This document shows positions 28,134 to 37,267 of a stretch of DNA of 64,000 bases, one piece after another. Position 1 is the first letter of the stretch, and every line of letters begins with the position of its first letter. Position numbers and translations under genes: made by a program. The notes beneath the pieces are model-generated. The model did not search any database. It was not told where the DNA came from and worked only from the letters and a program-made list of their open reading frames with translations. The DNA is from Candidatus Iainarchaeum sp. (GTDB lineage Archaea; Iainarchaeota; Iainarchaeia; Iainarchaeales; UBA10219), in NCBI GenBank assembly GCA_018304425.1, contig JAGVWE010000003.1, positions 128,001-192,000 of the forward strand, written 5' to 3'.

Positions 28134-29294
28134 CTATTCGCCCTGACCCGCCACGTACTCCCCATAGTCGAAGTGCAGGTATTTCAGTACCTCGTTTTCG
28201 TCTTCGTGGCGCGTGTAAACCGTGGAGAAAAACGGGTACTGGGTGTGGTCCACGACGACGTAGTCCAGGACTTCGCGGAAGGTTTGCTTGAACTTTTCGT
28301 GGTCAACCGAGTAATGGCTTGGCAGGCCCTTTTTGGGGCGCTGGCCCAAGACGAAGGCATAGGTCCGGTCATCTGGTTTGGATAGGATGTGCTTCCAGTC
28401 GGGTGCCTGGCCTTCGAAGAAGTGCCGGTACTCGTTCACGCCGAAGGCATGGAAGGACAAATCGGCGAGGCCGAAGCCGCCAAACCGGAGGGGGTTGACT
28501 TCAATGGGGCGGAGGCCCTTCCGGGTCAAGCGGAACTCGAAGTGCACGGGAAAAGAAGCCAGCGGCGCCAGGGACCCGAGTTTTCCGAGGAAAGCCGTGA
28601 CCGATTCCAATAACCGGCGCAACAGGGCGTGGCTCGTATAGTACACGACGTTCCGCGAGTCCTCGGGCGAGGCAAACGGGTGCTTGGAGAGGCCGACCAC
28701 GGCGGGTTTGCCGCGCGTGTCAAAGAAGGCATCGCACGCAAACTCCTCTCCCTCGATGAAGTCCTCGACCAGGAACTTGTCCGCGTTGAGCACGGCGTCA
28801 TTGAACGAGCCCTGGAAGGCGCTGATTTCGGCGAGGACCCTTGGAACGGCGTCATCCCACTCGGCTTGACCTGAAACCCTGGCGTTGCCGCGGCCGCAAA
28901 AGCCAATTGAGGGCTTGAGGAACAGCGTCCTCCCGGCAGGCACGTGGAAGCCGGCGAGTTCCCCGCGTGTCAACTCGGCGAAAAAGAAGTCCGGAAACCA
29001 GGCGCGGAGTTTTTCCCGCAAGGCAGCCTTGTCCTTGAAAACCGTTATCGCATCCACCAGTGGCTTCCGCCCGGACGCGTACACGAGCGGAAGCGAGTCC
29101 TCGGCATTCGAGTACACCACGGTGTCGGGCGCGGCCAGCAATGCCTTGGCCCTGGCTTCATCCACGAAGGACAGGTTGACGGGAAGCAGGGCGCGGAGTT
29201 CCTTGGAGGCATGCACGGGAACCCGGTACTTGGCCAGGGTCTCCAACAACAACCTGGAAAGAAAGGACTTGGACAACAAGCACAAGGCGTTCAT
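28134..29294 (-). CDS. ATP-grasp domain protein
   Basis: KDKAALR, FLKPSIG, LVEDFIEGEEFACD, HFEFR, IEVNPLRFGG. Confidence 0.85.
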   Translation of the reverse strand: MNALCLLSKSFLSRLLLETLAKYRVPVHASKELRALLPVNLSFVDEARAKALLAAPDTVVYSNAEDSLPLVYASGRKPLVDAITVFKDKAALREKLRAWFPDFFFAELTRGELAGFHVPAGRTLFLKPSIGFCGRGNARVSGQAEWDDAVPRVLAEISAFQGSFNDAVLNADKFLVEDFIEGEEFACDAFFDTRGKPAVVGLSKHPFASPEDSRNVVYYTSHALLRRLLESVTAFLGKLGSLAPLASFPVHFEFRLTRKGLRPIEVNPLRFGGFGLADLSFHAFGVNEYRHFFEGQAPDWKHILSKPDDRTYAFVLGQRPKKGLPSHYSVDHEKFKQTFREVLDYVVVDHTQYPFFSTVYTRHEDENEVLKYLHFDYGEYVAGQGE

Positions 29295-29325
29295 GGCGTT
29301 TGTACAAGGTAGAGGGCAACGCCTT

Positions 29326-30303
29326 TTAAAGATTGACCCACGCCCAGGCCAGCAGCGGGAAGACGAGGGTGGCCTCGGCCTCGATGGCCACCGCGTTGCG
29401 CTGGTCTTTGAGCTTGTTCCAGCTCACGGCCTCCTTGGGCAGGGCCCCGGACAGGCTGCCATCGTATTGGGTGCCCGTGGAAACGTAAACCGCGTAATCC
29501 AGGCCGTCGCGGAGGATGGCCGCGCCAATGAGGTGGTGCTTGGCGATGCCGCCCCCAAGGATAACTCCGCCAACCTTATCAGGCTGGAGGATTTGGTCGT
29601 AGAACTTGGTGACGTCGGCCGCCTGGTCGATGACCAGCTTCTCGCGCTTGCCTTGGTTGAAGAAGTAAAAGTGGTCGCCCATGGCCCCGTCCACAAAGCC
29701 CGGGCAGTAGATGGGAATGCGGTTCTGGGTGGCCCAATGGAGCACGGAGTGCTTGTCCTGGATTTCCTTGCCCAACTCGAAGACGTAGTCGCTGGGCGCC
29801 CAGATGCGCTTCTGCGCGTAGCGCTTTTCGATGAACTTCGTGTGGAAGGCCTCGAAGTCCACGTAGTGGTCGTCGGGCACGAAGAGGTTGCCGATGCGGT
29901 TGAGCTTGTTGGCCTTGACTTCCGAGTCATTCACTTCAAAGTCGCCGACCCGGAACGGGTGCCTGGACTTGATGCAGTCCTCTTCGATGGCGCCGGTGGA
30001 GGTGACGATGGCCGCAACCAACTTGTGTCTGACCAACTGGGCGATGATCTCCCGGAGGCCGGACGAAACCATGTTGGATGTGAGCGACAGGAAGACCGCG
30101 GCCTGGTCTTTTTTCATGCGCTGGACCAATTCGACGGCGCGGCCGAGGTTCGAGGCCTGGAAGCCGAGCGAGGAATAGTGGCCGAGCAGTTGCCTGACGG
30201 AAAGGTTCTTGTCGAGCGCGAAGCCCTGCACGGGCGGAAGCTGTTGGAGGTCGATGGACTTGCTTGCCTTGCGGCGGCGGAAGCTGGGGTTCTTTTGAGT
30301 CAT
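29326..30303 (-). CDS. dys: Deoxyhypusine synthase (archaeal type)
   Basis: GFQASNLG, TSNMVSSGLR, GAIEED, NRIGN, LGGGIAKHH, DGSLSGA...EAVSWNK. Confidence 0.9.
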   Translation of the reverse strand: MTQKNPSFRRRKASKSIDLQQLPPVQGFALDKNLSVRQLLGHYSSLGFQASNLGRAVELVQRMKKDQAAVFLSLTSNMVSSGLREIIAQLVRHKLVAAIVTSTGAIEEDCIKSRHPFRVGDFEVNDSEVKANKLNRIGNLFVPDDHYVDFEAFHTKFIEKRYAQKRIWAPSDYVFELGKEIQDKHSVLHWATQNRIPIYCPGFVDGAMGDHFYFFNQGKREKLVIDQAADVTKFYDQILQPDKVGGVILGGGIAKHHLIGAAILRDGLDYAVYVSTGTQYDGSLSGALPKEAVSWNKLKDQRNAVAIEAEATLVFPLLAWAWVNL

Positions 30304-30322
30304 GGAAAACACGAAAAAGCGG

Positions 30323-30493
30323 TTACCCGGCCACTAGGTGGATGGCTAGGACGATGGCCGAGAACGCGCCCGCAAAGAGCACCACGAATTCGGGGGTGAG
30401 CTTGGGGCCCGCGGTGTCCGCGTCGAAGAACCGCATGATGCCGATGCTGGAGCTCGGAGCCGAGACCCCACCGGAAGTGCGCTGGAACTTCAT
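30323..30493 (-). CDS. secG: Preprotein translocase subunit Sec61-beta (archaeal SecG); not in the ORF track
   Basis: Translated by hand: MKFQRTSGGVSAPSSSIGIMRFFDADTAGPKLTPEFVVLFAGAFSAIVLAIHLVAG. Confidence 0.88.
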   Translation of the reverse strand: MKFQRTSGGVSAPSSSIGIMRFFDADTAGPKLTPEFVVLFAGAFSAIVLAIHLVAG

Positions 30494-30546
30494 TTTAACG
30501 CCTCAATAGAAGGCTTTTATAGGAGAAGGTTTAAAATATATCCTAT

Positions 30547-31509
30547 ATGTATCCCGTGCCTGAAAACCCGGCCAAGAGCGCCCTGAAAGTCACCATGCTG
30601 GTGGCGCTCATCGCGGTGCTCTGGTTTGTCGGGGTGTGGACCGGCGCCATCCGGTGCAGCCTGTTGCCCGGCGGCTGTCCGGTGTACTGGGGGTTACTGC
30701 GAAGCGGCACCGGCGGAAAACCCGAGATTTTGATTGTGCACGGCGAGGAAGACGACCCCGGCCTCGGCGACCCCAAGCTGTTGGAGAAAGCCCTGTCCGA
30801 CCCCAACATCCTGGCAGTCCACCCGGATGCGGTGAAGGTGGAGCGGGTGACCAAGGACTTCCTGAAAGGCTATGACCTGGTCATCGTGACCAAGGCCAAA
30901 GTCATTCCCACCAAGAAGGTCAAGGAATTCATTGACTTTGCCGCGGAAGGCGGGCGCCTGGTGTGGACCGGGGACGCGGGCACGGCGTTGGGCGGAGACG
31001 AGAGCCCGGGAGAGGCCCTGTTGTTGAAGAGCCAGCGGCCCGGCGAAGAAGACGTGAACGAGGTCATCGGCCCCTGGGCGAGGAGGGACGGCGAGTACAT
31101 GGTGCCCTTGGACGAATTCATTGCCGCGGAATTCCTGGGCACGTACTGCGAGTTGAAGAACTGCCGGGACGCGAACCAGCTGATGGGGCTGTTGGAGGCC
31201 TTGCCGGGGAGAAAGCATCCACTCGTTGAAGGCATCCGCGATGACCTCGAATTCTATGGCGACTTCGCGTTGGTCAATCAACGCGAGGGCAACAACGCCA
31301 AGCGCGTGCTCACCCTGAAATACGGTTCCGAACTCGTAACCAAGGACAAGCGCAAGCTCGGCAAGGAATTCCCGGTCATCATCAGTTCCGGGCTGGGCAC
31401 CGGCAAGGTCGTCTATTACGCCGCACCCCTCGAATACTTCTTCGCCCCAGGGCGGCCCAAGAAGTACTACCAGTTCCTGGAAAACATGTACAAGGGCATG
31501 CTGAACTAA
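30547..31509 (+). CDS. Membrane-anchored protein with class I GATase-like (flavodoxin-type) domain
   Basis: N-terminal TM; YDLVIV...FAAEGGRLVWTGD...HPLVEG...GKVVYYA. Confidence 0.7.
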   Translation: MYPVPENPAKSALKVTMLVALIAVLWFVGVWTGAIRCSLLPGGCPVYWGLLRSGTGGKPEILIVHGEEDDPGLGDPKLLEKALSDPNILAVHPDAVKVERVTKDFLKGYDLVIVTKAKVIPTKKVKEFIDFAAEGGRLVWTGDAGTALGGDESPGEALLLKSQRPGEEDVNEVIGPWARRDGEYMVPLDEFIAAEFLGTYCELKNCRDANQLMGLLEALPGRKHPLVEGIRDDLEFYGDFALVNQREGNNAKRVLTLKYGSELVTKDKRKLGKEFPVIISSGLGTGKVVYYAAPLEYFFAPGRPKKYYQFLENMYKGMLN

Positions 31510-32000
31510 CGCCCGAATAGCGCATCGATGAAGTCAAGGCGCGCTGCCTTGTAGATTCTGTACTTTCTCACTCCAAGCGTTGCGGCCAGGGAAAGATGAA
31601 GCTGGATGTTTAGCATCATAACCTGAGCCTGCGTAAGAGGCGCAGATTTCTTCCGGAGGCGTCGCTTCAAGACCCCATGCTCAGACAACCAGACTTCAGC
31701 GTCGAATAATCCCCTTGCGATGTTTCTTGGGACTGCTTGCTTGCGCGTCAAGCAATTCATGGCTTCAAGAACATAACTCAGGAACAGGTTCGCCTGTTTT
31801 GCCCCAACCAGCTTTGCGGGGGGCAAATGAAACCCCTTAAGGACACGTTCACCAAGAGCCTGGAAAGCAAACGTCTTGCCTGGGCCACCTAATTCAGGCC
31901 GTGCTTCCTCAAGGAACCGCTGATGTTGGGGACGCAGGCGATTGCGGCGGGCAACCGAAACAACACCCCGACGGCGGCGGCTGGACCCTGGAGTGGACAT
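31506..32000 (-). CDS. Arg-rich orphan protein
   Basis: MSTPGSSRRRRGVV...; TTTATA box upstream; AT-richer than neighbours. Confidence 0.55.
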   Translation of the reverse strand: MSTPGSSRRRRGVVSVARRNRLRPQHQRFLEEARPELGGPGKTFAFQALGERVLKGFHLPPAKLVGAKQANLFLSYVLEAMNCLTRKQAVPRNIARGLFDAEVWLSEHGVLKRRLRKKSAPLTQAQVMMLNIQLHLSLAATLGVRKYRIYKAARLDFIDALFGR

Positions 32001-32159
32001 ATTCAAGCAGAAGCAGCAAATTCCTATAAATCTTGCTTTAGCGGTTTAAGCGACCTAAAACAGCCCGCGGAAACCTTTATATATACTAAAAGCATAGGTA
32101 TAGTAGGGTTCAGGGGGCAAGGGAAAGGTATATAAATCCCTTAAGCCCTAAATACATAG

Positions 32160-32177
32160 CAATTAACAAGTTAATTG
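32160..32177. promoter_or_regulatory. Palindromic operator-like site
   Basis: CAATTAAC-AA-GTTAATTG between TATA box and SD of the 32194 gene. Confidence 0.45.
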
Positions 32178-32193
32178 GAGAGGGTGAAAAAGA

Positions 32194-33087
32194 ATGTATC
32201 CTGAAGCTGGTGGAGCGGATTTGCCTCCGGCAGGCGGCGGGGGTTATTTCCCGGAGCCTGATTGGAAGAGCCGGATTGCCTACAATCTCGAAGGACTTAT
32301 TCCCTTAATCCTCATACTCATCATCGCCTTTTTCTTGGCGGTCAAGTTCAACATCGTTTCGAGTTCGACCCCTTTCGTGGGGCCCATTGCAAACGTTTTC
32401 GGCGTCGGCAGCAGCCCCGTCAAGTTGCTCATCATCGGCAAGAGCAGCCCGGAAGTCATCGACGTCCTGAACAAGAACCCGGACCTCGTGGTTTACCGCA
32501 TGAAGTCCCCGCATGAACTCGAGCGGAACCCCAAGGAACAGATTTCACAGTACGACGTCGTCATGCTGGACCAGAGCCAGGAAGCCGACAAAGCCATTTC
32601 CCGGAGGCTCGGCGATGCCTTGAACAGCTGGGTCAAGGGCGGCGGAAACCTGGTCACGGTCATGGACTCGGGAATCCGGCGCACGGGCCTGGGTGGACAG
32701 GTCGCGTTTGACGTCGTCGGCTGGCAGGGTACCATCGGAGACGTAGTTCCCGTTAGCTGCGACCGCGTCGGCGAAGGACAATTGGCATGCGAAAACAAGA
32801 TTATCGTCCGCGGAAAACTCACGCGACAGATTGAGTCCCATGCCATCATGTCCGGCATCGAGGTGGCGCCACCCCAGGAAGGAGCCTTCTTCCTGCTGGA
32901 AACCTTTGACGTCACCCCCACCGGCACCGAGGTGGCCTATGTTTCCGAGGCAAGGGGCATCGACTCCTTCCCCGGCATCGTGGAAAAGAAGATGGTGGTC
33001 GGGAAAAGCGTTTACTTCAACTATAACCCGGGCATCACCCAAACCATCCTCGAGAACACGCTTAAATACATGCGGAAAGCGATTTAA
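32194..33087 (+). CDS. Membrane-anchored GATase-like domain protein (paralogue of 30547-31509)
   Basis: TM helix; YDVVML...WVKGGGNLVTVMD...HAIMSG...GKSVYFN. Confidence 0.7.
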   Translation: MYPEAGGADLPPAGGGGYFPEPDWKSRIAYNLEGLIPLILILIIAFFLAVKFNIVSSSTPFVGPIANVFGVGSSPVKLLIIGKSSPEVIDVLNKNPDLVVYRMKSPHELERNPKEQISQYDVVMLDQSQEADKAISRRLGDALNSWVKGGGNLVTVMDSGIRRTGLGGQVAFDVVGWQGTIGDVVPVSCDRVGEGQLACENKIIVRGKLTRQIESHAIMSGIEVAPPQEGAFFLLETFDVTPTGTEVAYVSEARGIDSFPGIVEKKMVVGKSVYFNYNPGITQTILENTLKYMRKAI

Positions 33088-33234
33088 CCCCCTTAAGGGG
33101 GTGGAAACCGCCTCCCCTCTTTCCTTTTTCTTTCAGCCCTTTTTCCGGCCAGCGGCAGCCCTTTAAAATGAGTTTGGGAAAACCATGCTATTAGTGCCAC
33201 CAATAGGGAACGACTTACCAGTGGAGGCGATGGC

Positions 33235-33510
33235 ATGGCGGAAAACGACAACACGGTGTTCGTGGGAAAAAAGGGGACCATGGCCTATGTCTTGGCCGTG
33301 GTCACGCAAATCAACCAGGGTGCGAGGGAAGTCACGGTCAAGGCCCGGGGCAAGGCCATTTCGCGTGCCGTGGACGTCGCGGAAATCGTGCGCAACAAGT
33401 TCGACACGAACCTCCTGGTGTCCGGCATCGGCATCTCGACCGAGGAAGTAAGCACCGAGGACGGCACCCCGTTAAAGGTTTCGGCCATTGAAATCACGCT
33501 CAGGAAGTGA
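33235..33510 (+). CDS. albA: DNA/RNA-binding protein Alba
   Basis: VFVGKK..MAYVLAV...[18 protein letters not shown]...VSAIEITL. Confidence 0.96.
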   Translation: MAENDNTVFVGKKGTMAYVLAVVTQINQGAREVTVKARGKAISRAVDVAEIVRNKFDTNLLVSGIGISTEEVSTEDGTPLKVSAIEITLRK

Positions 33511-33528
33511 GCCAAGGAGTTGGAGCCG

Positions 33529-34026
33529 ATGAAGTTCCCGCTGTGCGAGCAATGCATTGAAGCCGAAGAGCTTTGCCCGGCCTGCGAACAGCTGCTCCGG
33601 GAGGGGAAAATCACCGCGCTCGACGTCGCGGTATCGCACCTCCTCGGCAGGCTCAAGCGGAAGCTCTCGCTGGAGAACGCGGACTTCGTGAAGGCCCTGG
33701 ACCTCGGAAAGCTCGTGGTCATCGTGGCCACGGGAAAAATCGGGGTCTTCATCGGCCGGAAGGGCCGCATCGTGACCGAGGTCAGCCGCGAGCTCGGAAG
33801 GAAGGTCCGGGTCATCGAGCAGACTTCGGATGAGAAAAAGATGGTCCAGGACCTGGTGGGAAAGGCACAGGTCCTCGGCATCAACAAGGTGTTTTCCCCG
33901 GCCGGCCAGGAATACAAGGTCGTGGTGGCCAAGAAGGACGCGCCGCGCCTGGTGTCCGGCAAGGCAAGGCTCGAAGAAGCCATCCGCCAGCTGCTGGGCG
34001 CCAAGGCCACGATTGCGTTCGAGTGA
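33529..34026 (+). CDS. NusA-like KH-domain protein with N-terminal CxxC-CxxC motif
   Basis: CEQC...CPAC; IGRKG KH loop; LGRKVRVIE; VLGINKVF. Confidence 0.82.
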   Translation: MKFPLCEQCIEAEELCPACEQLLREGKITALDVAVSHLLGRLKRKLSLENADFVKALDLGKLVVIVATGKIGVFIGRKGRIVTEVSRELGRKVRVIEQTSDEKKMVQDLVGKAQVLGINKVFSPAGQEYKVVVAKKDAPRLVSGKARLEEAIRQLLGAKATIAFE

Positions 34027-34173
34027 ACGGCAGGCGAAAACTATTTATGCTCCTTCGACCCAATAGGTTTACGCAAATTCTTGGACAGCCTTTCGCTGCC
34101 GAACCAAGTAGGGGTTTCCGTCCACCGGCTTATACGGGCTTCGAGAACAAAAAGCGAAAGATATATTAAGGAG

Positions 34174-34210
34174 TCATGATGTATCATGATACAACATGAG
34201 CGGTCATGAC
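34174..34210. promoter_or_regulatory. Four CATGA boxes with exact 10-bp phasing across the start codon
   Basis: CATGA at 34175, 34185, 34195 and 34205 (three are full TCATGA palindromes); TATATTAA box just upstream. Confidence 0.65.
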
Positions 34211-34699
34211 ACCAGGCAAAACGAACAAAACCGGGGCTTCGTGGAGCGCATTGCCCCCGAATTCACCGAGTTGACCCTAGACGTCAAGGAATTGCAGGAG
34301 CAGGGCAAGGACCCGTTGTTCGTCTCTGCGCTCTTATTCCGCCTCATAAAGGAGCGGGAGCGCACCAACCGGCTCTTGGACGACTTGAACGACAAATATG
34401 ACCACCTGATGCTGGAATTAAAGCAGCGAAGAGGGGGGGAGTCCGCCGGCCCTACACCCATGCCCCTGGGAACGGGCATGCAACCGGATGCCGGTAACTT
34501 CCACCTGCTGGCTGTGCAGGACGACCAAATCCTTAAATACGTCGAAGAGCACGGCCAGGCCACCGCTGCCGACATCAAGGCCATCATGAACTACAAGCGA
34601 TTGAACGCGGCCTCGCAGAGGCTCAACAAACTGCACCGGGAGGGGCACCTCAAAAAAGTCCAGCAAGGCAAGCGGGTGTTATTCTTGTCCAGAAACTAG
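34196..34699 (+). CDS. Coiled-coil plus C-terminal winged-helix DNA-binding protein
   Basis: Heptad ERERTNRLLDDLNDKYD; ATAADIKAIMNY...AASQRLNKL..EGHLKK...GKRVLF. Confidence 0.8.
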   Translation: MSGHDTRQNEQNRGFVERIAPEFTELTLDVKELQEQGKDPLFVSALLFRLIKERERTNRLLDDLNDKYDHLMLELKQRRGGESAGPTPMPLGTGMQPDAGNFHLLAVQDDQILKYVEEHGQATAADIKAIMNYKRLNAASQRLNKLHREGHLKKVQQGKRVLFLSRN

Positions 34700-34976
34700 G
34701 AGCAGGCGTTTGGCATCATGGAACGTATTCAACCCCCACCTCACTTCCCTGGTGCCAAAAACTGCCTCCTTCCATTCAGAGGAAAACAAGCCTCCTTGAC
34801 TCCCAATATCAAGGAAACCTCCCAAGTCAACGCCAACAGAAAAACAACAAAAAAAGCGAATCGGGTGAAACGGGGCCCCGCTGCTCGTGCAGCGGGGTAT
34901 CCCATTTCCTACTTCTTTCACGCCGCCTTTCACCCCCCCCCAAAGGCTTAAATAACACCTTGGACAAGAGTAAGGT

Positions 34977-35414
34977 ATGCGACGCCGAAGCGTTCCGAGT
35001 AGAATGCGTACACCGGGTGGACGGCCGGACGCCAAACCAACCGGCGCCTCGAAGCCGTCTGACGCTGCCAGGGCACGGAGAGCACAGACAATAAGGGACC
35101 TCAAAAGAATTGGGAGGCACCGCGTCCCGCCTGAACTCGTGGCAGGGTTGAGAAAAGCCGTGGCCCGGGAAGACCGCATCCGGCAGGTGATGATAGCCGC
35201 GCAACGAGCCTGGCACCGCAAGCCCGGGAGCCCGGCACAGGCCGCTTTCTGGGCAAGACTAGACGAACGCAAGGCACGCGCTTTCTTTGAAGACTGCGCG
35301 GCCAAGGAAGTGGCCTTGCGCGCAGCCCAGCGGAAGCGTGTGTCCTCCAACCTCGAGCGAACGCTTGCCAACATGTGGTGGACCGAGTGGAAGGCGCTGC
35401 CGACCGGCAAGTGA
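34977..35414 (+). CDS. Arg/Ala-rich orphan protein
   Basis: CTTAAATAA box about 25 nt upstream; leaderless ATG; 145 codons. Confidence 0.55.
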   Translation: MRRRSVPSRMRTPGGRPDAKPTGASKPSDAARARRAQTIRDLKRIGRHRVPPELVAGLRKAVAREDRIRQVMIAAQRAWHRKPGSPAQAAFWARLDERKARAFFEDCAAKEVALRAAQRKRVSSNLERTLANMWWTEWKALPTGK

Positions 35415-35451
35415 GGCGGCAGACTATACGAGAAGCAGTAGAAAGCCGTGA

Positions 35452-35913
35452 TTATTTTTTGGCCATGCTCTCGCGTAGTTGCTGCAAGAGCTTCTTGCCG
35501 GACTGCATCTGGTTGAAGGCCTGCTCCGTGTCCGCGTCCCTGAACTCGACTTCGAATTCGCCGGAAGGCAGTTTGACGAGTTGGACGCTGTCCCCGTATT
35601 TTTCCTGCAAGCCTTCGAGGAGTTCTTCTTCTTTGACGACCAGGTTGAGGCGGCTGGCCACCAGGTTCTTGGTCTTGCCCAGGTCCAGGACATGGGAACG
35701 CAGTTCCTCGACGAGGCTCCGGGCTTCCTCGCCGTGCGGGGAAACGTTGACCTCAACGTTGTCCAAGCCTTCCTTGGCGATGGCCTGGCCGAGCCCGGCC
35801 TGCTTGGCCTCCACTTGTTTGAGTAACCGCTCGAATTTCGCGAGCTCGGCTTCCACGCGCGTCAACAAAAAGCGGAGCCGTTCCTCTTGCTCTTTCAACT
35901 CGGATTCAGGCAT
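35452..35913 (-). CDS. Acidic coiled-coil hypothetical protein
   Basis: Strong heptad pattern; host-like codon usage; divergent from the HerA-like gene. Confidence 0.8.
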   Translation of the reverse strand: MPESELKEQEERLRFLLTRVEAELAKFERLLKQVEAKQAGLGQAIAKEGLDNVEVNVSPHGEEARSLVEELRSHVLDLGKTKNLVASRLNLVVKEEELLEGLQEKYGDSVQLVKLPSGEFEVEFRDADTEQAFNQMQSGKKLLQQLRESMAKK

Positions 35914-35971
35914 AAAACCGAGTAATTTAGTGGCCTAAAAGATTTATATACGCGAACGCCGTAGTCCTTGC

Positions 35972-37267
35972 ATGGGCATGGACCTGAGCGAAAAGAAGTC
36001 GGTGCTGGGCCGGACCCTGGAAGACATCGAAAGATACGGGGAAAGGGGCACGGCCTACATCGGCAAGGTCGTGATGTCGGCAGGGGAAAAGCCGGTGCTG
36101 GGCCGGAAAATCCTCTTGGACGTCGCAAAGCCCCACCTCATCCTGATTTGCGGCAAACGCGGCGGCGGGAAGTCCTTCAGCATGGCCGTCCTCCTCGAGG
36201 AGATGGCGCGCCAGCCCCCGGAAATCCGGAACCGGTTGAGTGTCATCGTGATTGACACGGTCGGCATTTTTTGGACGCTCAAAATCCCGGACCGGAGGAA
36301 CCCAGCCGAGTTAGCGGACTGGGACTTGAAGGCCGACAAGACCAATGTCAAGGTATTGGTGCCGAAAGGCAGACTCGACTTCTACCAGAAAAACGGTTTG
36401 CCGGTGGACGGCGCCTTCACCATCAAGGTGTCCGAAATCGGCGCCGAGGAATGGCTGGCCTTGTTCAAGCTGACGTGGAAGGACGCGGAAGGCGTCTTGC
36501 TGGCCCGGGTGCTTGAACGCGTGCGGGAAACGCTGGGCACCCTGTACGGCTTGGACGAACTCATTGCCGAGACCAAGAAGGACGATGAAAGCGAGAAGCT
36601 GGCCCGGCAGGCCCTGGCCAACCGCTTCGAGGTGGCCAAGGTGTGGGGCTTGTTCGAAAAGGAGGGCACCAAGATGAAGGACCTGGCTGCGCCCGGGGAA
36701 ATCACCATCATCGACGTCTCGGCGTACCGGCAGGCCATCGGCATGCAGGGAACCAGGGACATCATCGTGGGCTTGATTGGCAAGAAACTGTTCGAGGAGC
36801 GCATGCTGTTCCGCAAGGAGGAAGAGGTCAAGGTCATCAAGGGCTTGAAGCGGGAGTCGTCCATGCCGATTGTCTGGATGTTCATTGACGAGGCCCACAT
36901 GTTCATGCCCAAGGACGAGGACAACATCGCATTGCAGGTGCTATTGGAATGGGTGCGGGTGGGAAGGCAGCCGGGCCTGAGCCTGGTGCTGGCCACGCAG
37001 AGGCCGAACAAACTGCACCCGGACGCGATTTCGCAGGCGGACCTGTTCATCAGCCACCGCCTGACCGCGCAGCCGGACATCGAGGCCGTGGCCGAGCTCC
37101 GCCCGAGTTACATGGCGCAGGACTTCGGCAAGTACTACCAGGAGATGCCGCGCAGTAAGGGCTTTGCCGTGGTCTTGGACGACAACACGGAGAAGATGTG
37201 GCTCATCAAGATGCGGCCCCGGTTCTCGTGGGACGGGGGAGTTACCGCGAGCGCGTTCACCGACTGA
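35972..37267 (+). CDS. HerA/FtsK-superfamily ATPase (DUF87 type)
   Basis: Walker A GKRGGGKS; IDTVG; Walker B MFIDEAH; GRQPG...LATQRP. Confidence 0.9.
   Translation: MGMDLSEKKSVLGRTLEDIERYGERGTAYIGKVVMSAGEKPVLGRKILLDVAKPHLILICGKRGGGKSFSMAVLLEEMARQPPEIRNRLSVIVIDTVGIFWTLKIPDRRNPAELADWDLKADKTNVKVLVPKGRLDFYQKNGLPVDGAFTIKVSEIGAEEWLALFKLTWKDAEGVLLARVLERVRETLGTLYGLDELIAETKKDDESEKLARQALANRFEVAKVWGLFEKEGTKMKDLAAPGEITIIDVSAYRQAIGMQGTRDIIVGLIGKKLFEERMLFRKEEEVKVIKGLKRESSMPIVWMFIDEAHMFMPKDEDNIALQVLLEWVRVGRQPGLSLVLATQRPNKLHPDAISQADLFISHRLTAQPDIEAVAELRPSYMAQDFGKYYQEMPRSKGFAVVLDDNTEKMWLIKMRPRFSWDGGVTASAFTD

Noticed and set aside
34718-34951. 77-aa ORF after the wHTH gene
   Set aside because: Low complexity, no motif; cannot be distinguished from non-coding sequence
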